Source: Lama glama (taxonomy: Eukaryota). Taken from it: DNA of 64,000 bases. The translations under genes and the position numbers were made by a program. The stretch spans positions 40,176,001 to 40,240,000 of the forward strand of contig CM052841.1 in assembly GCA_028534125.1 (NCBI GenBank). Reading direction: 5' to 3'. The notes under the pieces are model-generated. The model did not search any database and was not told the DNA's origin. It worked only from the letters and a program-made list of their open reading frames with translations. Numbering within the stretch: position 1 is the stretch's first letter; each line of letters begins with the position of its first letter. Below are positions 13,171 through 26,900 of this stretch, one piece after another.

Positions 13171-14994
13171 GGGCCTGAATGTCTGGGAACAGTGAACCTT
13201 GGGATTTTCATTGCAGTCGCTTCAAGCCCCACCAAATGCCTCTAGGTGGGGACTGATCATATTTCCTCTGGGGCCCTCTGAGTTATTTACCTAGCTATTA
13301 CCAAAATAAGACCCCAAATACATCCCTGGGGGAAGTAAGCACAAAGACCCTGCAAACAACCCCACCTGTATTCATACAGCCTCTCAGGGTTTACAGAGAG
13401 CCTTCCCTTCCGCTGTGTCCCTGTGTCTCGGGGCTGAGGCTCAGAGACATGAAATAACTCGCTGAGTGACCCTTGTGGCTGGAGAAGGCAGTGGGGTTCA
13501 GGCGCTTGTCCTCTGACCCCTGACTGCATCCTTCTCCGTGCTGCCGTCCTTTCACTGATGGCAGATATGAGGTCTGAATCTCACCATGGCCTGTCCCCAC
13601 AGCACCTCATATGCCCTCCCAAGTTCCCAATCAAGCCATTACCAGATGGCTTTTGCAAAAATATTATTAAATAAGTCCTATTAGCAAGATGTTAGAAATG
13701 TGACTGGAAAGAAATGTTTTTCTCATTTGGAAAGACCACCCAGTGCCTCAGAAGGGAAGCTGTCCCAGGGCACAAGAGGCTTCCTGGTGACGGACGGGCA
13801 GTTGAAATGCCTTCCCTGGAGGGTGAGCCACACAGGCAGATTTATGCAAGCTGATACGAGATAATTAAAAACCAGCTGGAAATGTAATCGGGGTGGCTCA
13901 GACAGAGGGGACGGACCAGGAAGCTCTCGGCAGGGAGCAAAGGGCAATGCTGCATGCCTGGCAGGGAGGGGAGACACAGCAGGTTAGGAAGGGAAACCCC
14001 AGCCCACCAGCAGGCATGCTGGGCACTGACAGGTGGGCAGGTGCTCTGGACAATGGGTTGGCAGTGTGAGTGTGGGCACCTCCTGCCTCTGGGTTTTGGG
14101 CAGCAATGGAAGAGGGCAGCTGAGTTAGGAAGAGTTTCCTGGCTTTTTCAAAACTGACCATCCCAGGTCCATGTTGCGGCTGCCGGTGCCACCACTCACC
14201 CGGCCGTTCAGAAATCTGGACGAGGCCCTTGACTCCTTGCTCCTTCTCACTCACATCAGTTCTACCAAGACACGGTCTCCATCCGGCTGCCACTGCCCTG
14301 GTCCTTCACTGAACTGGTGCAGCCTCCTCAGCAGCCAGCCCTGTAGCCCGACCTGCCTTCCAGATACATCCCCGGTCAGATGGGGCTTCTGAAAACCTCC
14401 ATCTCTAAAGTTCACTGTTTTCATTTGGTCTCCTGCATGGAGCATTTGAGGAGCCTGTTTTGCCTACAGCAGCAGCTTCTAATTGCAGCATTTCTTTTAA
14501 ACCTTTTAGAAGGAGCAAACACGCCACACACTAATTGAGCAGAAAGTTCATTTTCCCTCCATCAGCCCTGAAAAGATGTGAAATCTTTCATGCAGTGAGA
14601 GCAAAGACACAGACACCCTAACTCCCCTGCCCGCCCTTTCTCTCAGGCTGACTCGGGTGCTGCCAGAAAACAGCCTGGCTAGGAAGCCAGGAGGCGGACA
14701 AGCTTTTTCCCCTCTCTGGGCCTCAGTTTCTCTACCTGTACGGGGTACTGGGCCAGGTGATGTAAAGGGTCTCTTTCTGTTCCCTAAATCCCAAGATTTC
14801 TGCTCAACTGTACTTTATGTATCAGAGCTACTGCCCTGGCTTGCCACAAAAAGGCTTTCCTATGAGATAACAAGACCAGACCAGGTTCTGGGGAAAACTT
14901 GTATTCAATGCATGATGTCTGAAGACATGGAGGGAGAGCTAGAGGGTCAGCAGGACAGTGAGGAAGACAAAAAGGAATGACTGTTGAAGTGGTT

Positions 14995-15500
14995 GGTCAT
15001 CATCTTCAGCCACTGATGAGGAATTGGGAGATCAGAGAGGTTAAGTGACTTACTCAAGGTCACACAGCCAGGAAGAGGGCAGCCTGGATTTGAGTCTCAA
15101 AGCAACATAGGATTTTTCTCAAGTTGCAGCCTGCATAAACTCTAAAATCCCACCCCATAAAGGGGAGTAGATGCAGGCATGGACAGACCCAGACAATTCT
15201 CAAGGCTCTGGACCACACCTAGTTCTTTCTCAAAAACTCATGGCTCTCCAAAGTCTGTAACAAAGACAGTGAGCTACCACTCACTGCCTGCCTGCCACTG
15301 CTTAGCACACATGCTAAGGACTTCACATATATGATCTTTTCATGAATACATTTGTAAAACCCATTTTATAAATGAGGAAATTGAGGCTCAGAGAGGCTCA
15401 GAGACAAGTTCCTTTGTCCAAGACCACCCTGCTAGTAAATGGTGGAGTTGGGGTTTAAGAGCCCAAGCCAAACTGATCCAGAGCCTGGGTCTTCCACTTC
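14995..15500 (-). mobile_element. Two MIR SINE fragments (about 14995-15100 and 15285-15500)
   Basis: gatgaggaattggga..cagagaggttaagtgacttactcaaggtcacacagc; cccattttataaatgaggaaattgaggctcagagagg. Confidence 0.75.
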
Positions 15501-18500
15501 CTCTTTCCTGGGGAGATAGGGAAGGATGTTAGTGATGGGATATATTGAAAACTATGGATTAGAATGTAAGGAGTTTCTCTCCTCCAGGGCTGCTGTTTCC
15601 TCAGCATGGGCAGCTCCTCACCCTTCCCATCCCCAACTGCCTCAAGCCTCCTCCCTCCCCAAGGCCCACGTCAAAACCCCTCCTTATTCCACTCCTTCCT
15701 GCCATCCCAGTATGCCTGGAGTCAGTCGACTACCCCTGTGCCAGTCTGCCTGACCCCCACCTCTCTTTCTTCTAGACTCCTACTCCTCCAGCAGTGACTT
15801 CCACCTGGCAGCTCAGAGAGGTGCAGGGTCAGAGGGTCATGGGGACAGACAGCCAGGAACCCAGAGCCCTGGGTGGCCCATGCCCACCTTCCTCAAAGCC
15901 TAGCTTTAAGGAGCAGGCTGAGGAGGAGGGCAAGCAGTGATGTGGTCGAGCATTCTGGGGCTAGGGGTCATGCCGGGCAGAGAGTCCAACAACTGCCAGG
16001 GAGGCTCTGCTGTGGTCTGAGGGACACCTGGGAGCTCCCCTACTGAGAGTCTGGAGCCTCAGACGTCCGCCTGACAATGGGCGCTCAGATGGTGGAGGGA
16101 AGTGAAGCCCAGGCTCCCTGCAGATGAACGAAGGCGAGCAGCTTTTCCTCATTCCCTGCCCCTCCCCACCCCGCAAACCTTTATTATTTCTTGCTCCTGG
16201 CTGTCAGCAGCAACAAACTAAGATTAATCACTCGCCCGCCTGCCTAGACCCAGACATGCCTACTGTTTGAAAACTCTCTCCTTTACTATATAAATCAATG
16301 AGGGAGAGAAGAAAGAAAAACAGCTTTAACAAAAATGCACCCCCCAGCACCCCTGGAACACAGTCTATCAGCTCCTCCAGTGCCGCTACACCCACCACCC
16401 TCCATGGGAGCTCAGGAAACATGTGTGGTGAAGACTGGCTGCCCAGCAGTTAGCACAACCCCCAGCTCCAAGCAGGAACCTGACGGATGTCATTTAGCAA
16501 TCAGCAGGCGGCGTTTTCTGGATTAAATTGTCCCACCTCTCTTCCTCTACCTAGAGAAGGACCACGTGAAAAGGCAGCTTGTCCTACCCATGGAGCCCCT
16601 GACCTGGAAGCAGATTTACTGATCGAACTCCAGACCCTCTTCCTACGGGCACACGTCGGGAGACATTCGCCCAAGTCATCCAGGAGGAGACACAGTCTGA
16701 ACGGACCCCTGGGGCTCTTGAGCCAGTGCGGTGCCCTGTCCAGCCTGCTGCCTCCACAGCAATTTCTCAAGGGCCAGCGGGGAAGCAGAGCGCCCACTGT
16801 GCAGCTGCCTTAGTTACTGCAGCAGCGTTACGAGAGTGGCCCCAGGGAGGTAAAGTCACATGCCTAGCACTACACAGTGGGCAAGAGGTGGAGCCAGGAC
16901 TCACACCCAGGTATCTCTGACTGCAGAGCCATGCTTTTCCCTCTGCCTCTTTTATGAAGCTGCCCTGGGTCTCCCCCTGGGGCGTCTGCGCACATGCTGC
17001 CTGCCGCCTCCTAGCCTCTTGAACGGTGCTGGCTCCCGTGGTGTGTTTGAGGACATGCTGCGGGAGAGCGAGGCAGAAGTGGTGTTCCATTCGACGCCCT
17101 GGTTCACGAAGGGCTCTGGAATACAGCTCTGAGGACATGACTGCAACTCTGCTCAAAACCTTCAGGGATGCCCCTGCCCTACAGATCGGAGCCCCAATTC
17201 CTCAGCCTGGAGACTAGGGCCGCCTCTCTCCAGGGGTCCCGTCAATGTTATTTGCTGTTCTTACACAAGCTGTGCACTTTCCCTCCTCTGGGCCATTCCC
17301 TCTGCCAGGGCTGCCCTCTCTGCCCTGTCCACAGGTCTAAGACCTACCCAGCTTTCAAACACTCCCTCTTCTGGTTCCTTCCCTCTTTCATGGCCCTGAG
17401 CACTTTCTGCCTTGAGTAGCCCTAAACATGGTTTATGAATATTTGAGTTACAGGTGTAAACACCACCTCTTTCCCTCTTGGGTTATGAAATCCCAGAGAC
17501 TGGAGCTCAGTAAATAATGAGACACTGAAGGGGCAGATCTCATGGGCTGAGGAAGACTCCTGAGTCATCAGGCCTGAGTGGCAGCCTGATAGAAAAAGGT
17601 CAGACCCCAGAAATGTCTCCTGAGGTCAGAACCTGGGCCACATTTGCAAGGATGCTGTGCAGTTTGCCTCCGGAGATTTGAAAGCTGAAGGCCCCTTTGT
17701 GAGGGATCCTTGGGGTCATGTCCCCATCTAGGGTTGGGGCTCTGAATGCCTAAACAGAGCTGGGCTGGGCCTTTGTCAAAAGAGCAGTGGCATCCCAGCT
17801 GAGGCCTCAAAGGCCCACTCTGCCTGCTCCCCTCCCAGGGATGGGCCCAGAGGCGGCAGGGCCTAATCTGCCTACAAGGAGGCCCTGGTGCTCATCCTGC
17901 CTCCCTGCCCTTCAGATGCAAATCCTTCAGTCTTTGAAATTCTGTTTCCCTCATCTTGTCTAGATTCCTTTGCAAAAACTCTCGAAACTAGAACTTGCAA
18001 AGAGTCATTTTCAGTCTAAAGTGCCTAAAGAACCCTTTTGACGAGATTTTTCAAGACTTTTCATCCCCTTTCCCCACTTGCCTTTCCAGACAGCAAATTG
18101 TGTTAGAGAGTGATGTTTTCTTGCCAATTTCTAAAAGCTCAACACTTTGCTTCCCTGAGGATGGAGTGACTGTACCAGAAGTCAATGGCTGGTGCTGGTA
18201 GCTGAGAGGGTGCCAACGGCCTGACACCCATCAGGTCAGGCCTGAGATGGGAAGAGGGAGTGTTCTGCAGGAGGAGGTGGGGAGGGCAGTGTTCCAAAGC
18301 CATGAGGCAGGACCTTTGTAAGACTGCTTCACGAGTAGGGGTGCCTGCCATGATAGGGACTCAGAGGTGAGGACGTGGGGAAGGCAGGTGCTGTCTTGGA
18401 TTGCCATGGGTGCAGGGGGTTTTCAGAGAAGGGGCAGCTTGGGCTGGTCCAGGGATCTGTCTGGTCCCCAGACTAGGAAGAAGTCACCATCTCTATTGTC

Positions 18501-18503
18501 TGT

Positions 18504-18557
18504 GTGGTCAGCTGCCAGCTGGGTGGGTGGTCAGCTGCCAGCTGGGTGGGTGGTCAG
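18504..18557 (+). repeat. Perfect 23-bp tandem duplication (2.3 copies) of GTGGTCAGCTGCCAGCTGGGTGG
   Basis: Units at 18504-18526 and 18527-18549 are identical; a partial third copy lies at 18550-18557. Confidence 0.95.
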
Positions 18558-21500
18558 TCATGAATCCCCTCTGGGTCTCAGTCTCCACACCCACGAAGCA
18601 AAGGGACTGGTTCAACACTGACGACCTTCTGACAAGTGTAAGGAGTGCCTGGAAGGGGGTGGAGGCACACTGGGCTGGATTCTACTGCCTTCACTCCAGT
18701 CTTGGCTGGTCCATCAGCTTCCTCTACCCCAAGGTGAGGACGAGGATGGTGATCTCTGCCCTGGCCCCCCTGTGGGGCTGTCCCTAGTTGAACGTGCAGG
18801 CTTTCTAAATCATGAAGTGCTGCGGATGTGTAGGGTGGAAGAGGGGTTGAAGCATTCGGGCGGGTGACCGAGAGTGGATCCCACGCTTCAGTGGCCCCAG
18901 CACTCACAACTAAGTCTCAGCTTCTCTGCAGGGTGTGAGCCTTGCCTGGGCTCTTCCACAGCTGCAGGGCCTTGCCTGGGCTGTCTCCTCCACCTGAAAT
19001 GCCCACCAACTGTCCCTGCCTGGGGAACATCTACCCTCTCTTTAAGGCTCAAGAGCACCTCCGCCTTGCAGTAAGCAACAAGGCCCAGCCTGGGAGCTCT
19101 GCAGCCTGGGCCAGGCTGTCCTCACCTCTGCTCTCTCTGCTGCCCAGCCCAGTGCCTGGTACGGAGGGCTCTGATAAATATCTGCCGAGAGCAGGACAGA
19201 AGGGGTGGAGGGGCCCTGTCCTCTGAGGCCAGACTCCCCCAAACCCTTTCTCCACCTAGAATACCCTCACAGCAGGACCCAAGGTTCACATGATAACATA
19301 GCTGGAATTCCAAAGTCAATTTGCACTGCACTCCTGACAACACCACACATGGGGAATGCCACGCACCACCCTGCCCCAACCAGGCAGGTCTTGCGATCTG
19401 AGAGACCTCGCACCTCCTGTGGTGGCAGGCAAAGTTGGCACTTGCCCCAAGCAGTTGGGATATTCAGTAAGAAGGCAGCTCCATTTGTGGTCAAGGTGAT
19501 GAATACCAGGTGTTGCTCCCTGGCTGGCAGGCCTGACTGGTCATTGGGAACTGGGGCTGCTCCGAGAAACAAGCCTATCTCCCCTTAGTGGGCTGCTCTG
19601 GCCAGCCATGGGATGGCCTAGCCCTCCTCCCCAGTTCTGGGCTTCTTCAAGGGAAAACTAGCCAGGTGAGACCACCTCTCTGGTGCTTGGGATCTAATGG
19701 CTCTAGACAAGCACGAAAAACTAAACCCGCCACCTCCAGCACCCACGGGCAGAGACCAATCCTCCCAATTGCAGTTCCCGATAATGAGGCCTGACAAGAC
19801 AGGTGCAGGAAGACAAACCCGTGCCTGACGACACAGTGCTCTTGTCCGGGGTCCCAGCACAGGCCCCTGGGCTGTGCCCTCAGGCTCCTCAACCTCCTCC
19901 CCTCGCCTGGGAGTGCAGGGAGTGCGACCAGAGCACTTCGAGGACCAAGGGTGGCTGAGCCCACTGGCAGGGGAAATCCGAGGAGTCAGAGACACCTTGA
20001 TGGCAGAGGTGGAGAGGCCTTTAGCAACCATCAAAGTCTAAATCTCACCTGGCAGATGTGGTCGCTGAGCCCCAGAGGGAAGAAACTCATCTAAGGTCAC
20101 ACAGTGAGCCGTGAGTGGCAGGACAGCTCTCCTGTCCAGAACTCTGGGCAACAGGTCCTTTCTGCAGCTTTAAAAAATGGCTTTCAATGAAACTGCAGGG
20201 CTGACCCGGGAAAGCAGGGGCAGGGTAGGAATAATACAAGGTAACTTTTACCCTGCACAGGCTGGGCCAGGGATGCCTTCTGTCTGTAAGGAGAGCATCA
20301 TCACCTCCCCTGCCCAGAAAAGGACACTGAGGCTCAGAGAGGTGACGTGGCTGCCAACACAAGGCCAGGGAGTGGGGAAGCCTGACCCCTGGACTATAAG
20401 CCTGCTATAGAACAGAACAGAATCAAGGTGCTGTCCATCCCAAGAGTGCTTCTGTCCAGGGAAGGGCACAAACCAGGGACTAAAAGGGAATTACGCTCTT
20501 AGGACTGTGACAGAAACACTCTTCTGAAGCCCCCTCTATGAGCTGGCGTTTGGGCCTTTTCGAATAACGGAGGGCACGGGCACAGGGCACTGAGGAATGG
20601 ACCACGCAGGTGTTGCCGGTATGAGTACTTCTGCCATGGGCTCGAGATTCTGTATATGCTCCTGCGCTGCCTCCTCAGCCTTGATACGTCCTGGGTGCTC
20701 GGGAGGCTGCTGCTCTCTTGCAGGCAGGGCCATGGTGGGGTCCAGTGGGGCCTGCCCAGTGCCGGGGCCCAGCCCTTCCCCAGTGAGTAAACAGAAGCGT
20801 GACAAGGCCGTGGCCCTCATGGAGAATGACTGGGTCTGACATGGGCGCCTCACACCTCCTCCGTGCATTCAGTCAGTCCTCTCGGGAAGACCCCTCTGGC
20901 TTGGCCTCAGCCGACAGGATTCCAGGAAGAATGGGGTTCCCTGAGGAACTCAGAGACTGCCAGTGTGATGACCGTGAGGAAGCCCAGGGGTGGGCAGGAT
21001 GCCTGGGTTGGTGGGGAAGGGTGGTGACACGGGAGTCCCATCTCTGATGTCATCTGCTTCCTTTACTTCTTGCAGCCCAGAAAGGAATGATTCACCTTGA
21101 GGCAGGAAGGTGAAGACCTAGAAGCATCACTCATGGGCACCTGGGTTGCTAGGTTACCTAAACAGCAAGGGAGGGATGGGGCTGCGTGGAGCAATGGGGA
21201 GTTGAAGACCCCTGGCAGCACGGTGCGCCTGTCCCCCACCGCTGTCCTCTCAATGCAGTGACAATCCTCTGGCTTCGGCCGCCTCCGGCCCAGCCACAGT
21301 TTAGCATCTTGAATTTTCCTCGGCTGCAATAACCAGCCTGGTTCTTTAAGCCGTCAGGCCTGATGGTGGACAAAGAGGTATGCAGATGCTGTTTGTCCCA
21401 AGTGCCCTCCCAGCTGGTTAGAAATCCCCTCCATGTCCTCTCTGGCCAGGTGGGTACCCAGCTCCTGGTTGCACACCCCTAGGGATGAGACACTCACTAC

Positions 21501-21949
21501 CTCTTGCAGCAGCTTTGGATCGTTCTAATTCCTGACCAACTCTGACCTTTAGAAGACTCGGCCTCTCACAACTCCCTGATTTAGGGGCTGCCAACCACGT
21601 GTGCGCCTTCTGCCCTGACAGTCCTTGAGGGATCTGTGGTTCCCCCATGTCTCTGCACATCCTCTCTCCTCTAGGAGGACTTCCAGGGCCTCTTGTTTCC
21701 TGCCCATGCTCTGCTCTGCACTTTGTCACTGTCCCTCTCAGGGGGATCAGTCCTGAGCAGAGAGCACAGGCCAGTCTTTCTTCTTGGCTGCACTGATCCT
21801 ACTGTCTACACAGCCTGGCCTACACGTGAGCTGTCCTGACAGCCGCATCCCAGCAGGCTCTCTCTGCATCACACAGCCTCTAATAACGGCAAGTAGAGCA
21901 GAAAGAAAGCAGGCAGAGGGCTGCACTGATCCTGGTGGTCTGTGCTGGC

Positions 21950-22070
21950 TGAAGGGCCTGGGTTTACACCCCAATTGTGTCACTAACTCTCTGTGTATCT
22001 TTGGGAAATCCCTCCTCTCTCTGGACCTGTTTTCCTTATCTGTAAAATGGGTTTTAGACAATCTGTTGGC
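21950..22070 (+). mobile_element. MIR SINE fragment
   Basis: cactaactctctgtgtatctttgggaaatc..ctctctggacctgttttccttatctgtaaaatggg. Confidence 0.65.
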
Positions 22071-22744
22071 TTCCATCCAATAACAGCACCGGATGATGAA
22101 GCACTCAACCAAAAAAACCTCTTCTTATTTCAGGGCCACCTATCCTGATAGCAAAGCCTCGTGGGTCAGGAAGACCTGACAGCTTACAAAGCGGCCATGG
22201 GTGATAGCACCAGGATTCTTACTGGCTCTTCCCAGTGTTCTCACAACCTTCGTGTGACACATAAAAATCAGACCGTCCCTAACATCAACCTAGGACATAA
22301 GGGAAGGATGGTTCTCATGGCAACACCCAGCCTCGAGTCCTGGTCCTGCCCCTCGGGCCAGCCATGGCTTCAGTTTCCTCATCCGTAAAATGGGGACAAG
22401 ATGTTTCTCATCAAAGGGCTGTTGTGAGGTTTGAGAGAGGGACGAAGCATGCTAGGAGCTTCTACAGTCCCCGGCTCACCACAGATGTGAAAGCTATTCT
22501 TGGATATTTAATATCAGTCCTAGGGAAATGCCCCCCCTCTTCTGGGGAGCCAGAAACAGAGAACATGAAAACTCCTCTGCATCCCAGGAGAATAAGATTA
22601 AATTGGAAAGCGAGGCTTGAAATAACTCATGTTGGCACATTTCCCAGGGGGACAACTGGCGGGTCTTTCTGCCACAGACACCAGGGCCGGGCTGCGCGTC
22701 GCTGGGGGCTGCTGAGGGCCCCGGGGGTGGCTGAGGTGTACTCA

Positions 22745-22948
<204 letters not shown>

Positions 22949-23054
22949 CTAAGCCCCCTTGGAGGGCAGCTGCTGGTGTCCCAGGCCTCCTTGTCACGAG
23001 GCAGTGCAAGTGCACGCATGTGCGCGTGCATGTGTGCGTGCTTGTGCACGTATG

Positions 23055-23530
23055 TTCATGGATTCAGTCATACACTAGACATCGACCAAGTGCCTGCTGC
23101 ATGTAGGTCCTGGGGAGAGAACAGTGAACAAATCTGTGGTCTCCTCCCCTCGAAGCTTACAGTCTAATGTGGGTGCTACGGAGGAAATGGAGCAGAGGCG
23201 TCTGGCTTGGAGCTGGAGGGAGGGACCACTAGTTTAAGCAGCAGCCAGGGAAGCCTGTGGAGAGTGACATTTCAGCGGGGACCTGAAGGAGGTGGGGGAG
23301 GAAGCCACGAAGGACAGCAGCTGGAAGAGAGCATATGTGGCAGAAAAAAGGGCAGCAAAGGCAGGAGCCCCTGGCGTGTTTTGGAAACAGCAAGGAGGCC
23401 AGTTGGGCTGGAGTAAGGCAGGGGCCAGGACGGGTGGTGGGACATTAGAGGCCGTGTGGCAGGGCCGGGTGCACAAGGCAGTGGAGGACTCCAGCTCTCT
23501 CTGAGTGACGTGGAAGCTGTCAAAGGGCCT
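23055..23530 (-). mobile_element. LINE-2 3' fragment
   Basis: cagtgaacaa..cctcccctcgaagcttacagtcta...cagggaagcctgtggagagtgacattt...cagcaaggaggccagttgggctggagt. Confidence 0.7.
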
Positions 23531-25509
23531 GACAGGAGGGACATGTGCTGGCTCTGTGACATCTGTGGGACAAATAGGCGGTGCTCCTCACTCAGGAAAG
23601 CCGGCAGTTGGGGTGGGGTGGCCACGCCAACACTCCTGCCAAGTGCATCTGGCATCAGCTGGGCACACGGAATCCCAGTGTCACTGCTTCTGGACACCAC
23701 ATGGTGATCAGCAGAATCAGAAGGGAGGGGCACCACGGCAGATGCCTAAGGCCCCAAATGCAGGACAAAGGGGGAAATGCTGACTTTCAAGACTGGGAAA
23801 GCTGAAGGTAAAATTTCAGTGGAAGACTGAAGATCCCAAGATGCTGGTCAGTGGATATACTCCGAATGTGTCTCTGTTTACATTATGGTCTCAGAGTGGC
23901 TGGCTTAGGGGGAAGGTGTCCAGAGATGGGGTCAGGAAGAGAACCAGAGGTGTTGGATGGCCTAGGATGGATCACACTTCAGCCACTGAGGCACACATGC
24001 AGCTGTGCCACTGGCCAGCTGGGCATGTGACTCAAGCAGCTGAACCCGGGTGCACCTAGGTTCCCTATCAAGTTAGGATCACTCCACCCCTGTTTTGGGG
24101 TTGTGAGGATTAAATGGGATGATGCACTGAAGGACTGATGCAGAGCCTGAGATGGGGTGAGTTTCAACAAATGGCAGCTACAAGCATCAGCAGAAAGAGA
24201 CTGCACTTGCAGGCAGGCAGCCAAGGGTCACCTCTCCAGCTATCGTTATTTCAGGCTGCTACCTGCCGTGCAGGCTGCATTTTAAACTCCCAGGGGCATA
24301 GGGGATGCTGCCTCCTCACCCTGGCCCAGGAGTGCCCTGCGAATGTGCCCAGTACCCCTGAGAGTTTTGTTATAGACACTCTGCTTGGAGAAAAGCTTCG
24401 CACTGCCTTCCTCTGCACTTTGTTATTTATAAGGCAGTGCTCTGAACAGTTAGCAGCAGTGGGGATGACATAATTATAACTTAAAAAAAAAAAACCAACC
24501 CAATGAGCTCTAGGAAAGCAAGGACTGGAGAGTGAGAAGGATGAGTGTCCCTGTCCAATGAGCATGTGACTGAGTCACTGACCACCCAGGAGGTGACTAC
24601 TCATAGCAGGTCAGCCCCGGGGCTGGACATCTGGAGTGAGACTCGCCAAGGGAAAAGGCAGGGGGAGACGCAGACTGCACACCTGCCTTCCTGTCTACAC
24701 TTACACAGATATTGAGAGGATGTGAAGCTGGGGACTGCAAGGGCTGCCATAATTAAGACACCCCCAAAGACATGAAGGCTGAGGGTATGCTTGAGAAAGG
24801 ACACATGACTGTCAGTGAGAGAAATGGTTAGACAAGGATGGAGCTGATGTTAGAAATAAGAGTTAGTAGTTTTGCCAAGGTTGTTTTCTGGGAAATTTCA
24901 CCTATGTAACATACCCCCAGCGAGCTGACAAAAATACTTTTTTATTAGGAAAACAAGTTCCAGCTACTTAAAGCAGAGCTGTCCTCAGGGAAAGGCCTAG
25001 AAGTGGCCTCCGGGGAAGAGTCGCTTGCGTCTGCCCTCCCTGAGCACAGGAGCAAGTGGCCCTAAGAGGCAGTGGCAAATGGGCCTCCAGGGGGTCCGGA
25101 GCCTCACTGAGGGTAATCCCTGGTGGGTAAATGGGACAAGCTGCTTGTTCCCTCCCGGGTGCTCCACATGGAGAGAAAGGCAGGGCCTCGGGGGCAAGGA
25201 TCAAAGGTGAACCAAGAGGAGTTTGGGAGAGAAGGGGCAAAGGACACTAGATTGGGTAGGGGGAGCAGCCAGTGGCCAGACTGTCAGCAGAAGTATGGCC
25301 ACCGGGAGACAGGATGGGCCTGGGTGGTCCTATTTGCTGGGGCGGGGAAGCGCTGGGCCCCAGAAGGCTTTGCCGGACCCAGAAGAGAAACTAGGCAGAG
25401 GCAGGAGGCCCTCGTGGGATGTGCTGGACTCTGCAGAGCTGATCACTCATGGCGGAACCACGGGGATTAAGAAGACTCAATCATCACCATGCAGCCTATC
25501 CAATACCTA

Positions 25510-26900
25510 TGAGCTCATCCAATATTTACTCACCACTTACTACATCCTTGATCCCACAGGGCTCACGCAGGGAGATGAAGAGTCAACAGACAGATTCAGG
25601 AAACAATTTATATAGGTAAGTGCCATGTAGGAATACTGGGTTTGTGATAAGGCAGTGACTGGGGAGGGGGAGATGCTCTCTATAAAATGAATGGACAGAG
25701 GTCCCCCCAAGGAGATGACATTTGACCTGAGAATCTGCATTTGAGAAGGAGCCAATCATGTAATAAGCCAAAGAAAATATGTTCTCTGCAGAGCCATCAA
25801 GTGCAAAGATCCTGAAGTAGGAATGAGCCTGGGATGTTCATGGAGCAGAAAGGCAGCAAGAATGGTCCAGCACTGTGAGCGGGGGAAGTGGCAGGGGATG
25901 AGGATGGAGCAGGAGGCAGGGCCCAGCTCCCTGAGGCCTTGTGGACCAAGGGAAGAAGTCTGATTTCATTCTAAGTTATAGGGAGGGCAACGAGAGTTTT
26001 AAACAGAGATGCTTAACAGATACTTGCTCTGGATGATCTTACAAAAGGGTTCGTCAGACTGCCCTGAAGAGCAGCCATAGGGGAAGTGAAGAAGGAGACA
26101 AGTGAGGAGGCTTCTGCTGTGGTCCGGACAGGAGGACCTGAGATGAGAAGAATGGATGAATTCGGGCTGTTTTGGTTGGAAAACTGGCAGAACTTAGTAA
26201 TGCACTAGATGCTGGTGTCACGCAAACAAAGGAATCAAGGTGACTCCAGGGTTGTGTCTTGAGCAACTGGGTAGAGGTGATGCCGTTTGTGGAGGTGGGC
26301 AAGTTGGGGAGGAGCAGGTATGCAGGAGAAGTTCAGGAGTCCAGTTCTGAACATGTTAAATTCAAGATGCCCACTCGTCAGCCAAGTGGAGATGCCAAGA
26401 AGGCAGCTGGATGTAGGAGTCGGGAGTTCTGGGAGAGGTGTGGGTTGGGGATGCGCACTTGTGAATCACTGCCAAGATCCCAAGGAGACCAACCAGGGAG
26501 AGCACGTAGTTGGAAACTGAGCCCCAGACAATCGAACCTTCAGCTCAAGCTGAGGCAAGGAGCCAGCGGGGGAGACGCAAGGAGCGCTGGGGAGGCAGCA
26601 GAAAAACCAGGAGCAGAGAGTATCTCCGAAGGAGGGGGCTATTTACTGTGCTGACGGCCATGGAGGACAGAAGTCACCTGGTGACCCGGGTAGAAAAGGG
26701 AAGCAGACTGTGGATGAGAGTGGGAGACGGCGGAAGGGAGAGAGAAAGTACTGACAGCTCTCTGGGAACACAGACCATTGCATGGACAGCGAGCTACTCC
26801 CTGAGCACCTGTTATGTGCCAGGCACCATTCTAGACACTGAAGATGCAGTGGTGTCCCAGACAAGCTCCTGTCCTCACGGAGCTTATGTTCCCAACAGTC
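25510..26900 (-). mobile_element. LINE-2 (L2a/b) long 3' fragment, plus a second L2 end at about 26795-26900
   Basis: Typical antisense L2 text: ggagatgacatttgacctgaga, caagtgcaaagatcctga, gagcaactgggtagaggtgatgcc, gaacatgttaaattcaagatgcc, caagtggagatg, gagcacctgttatgtgccaggcacc. Confidence 0.85.
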
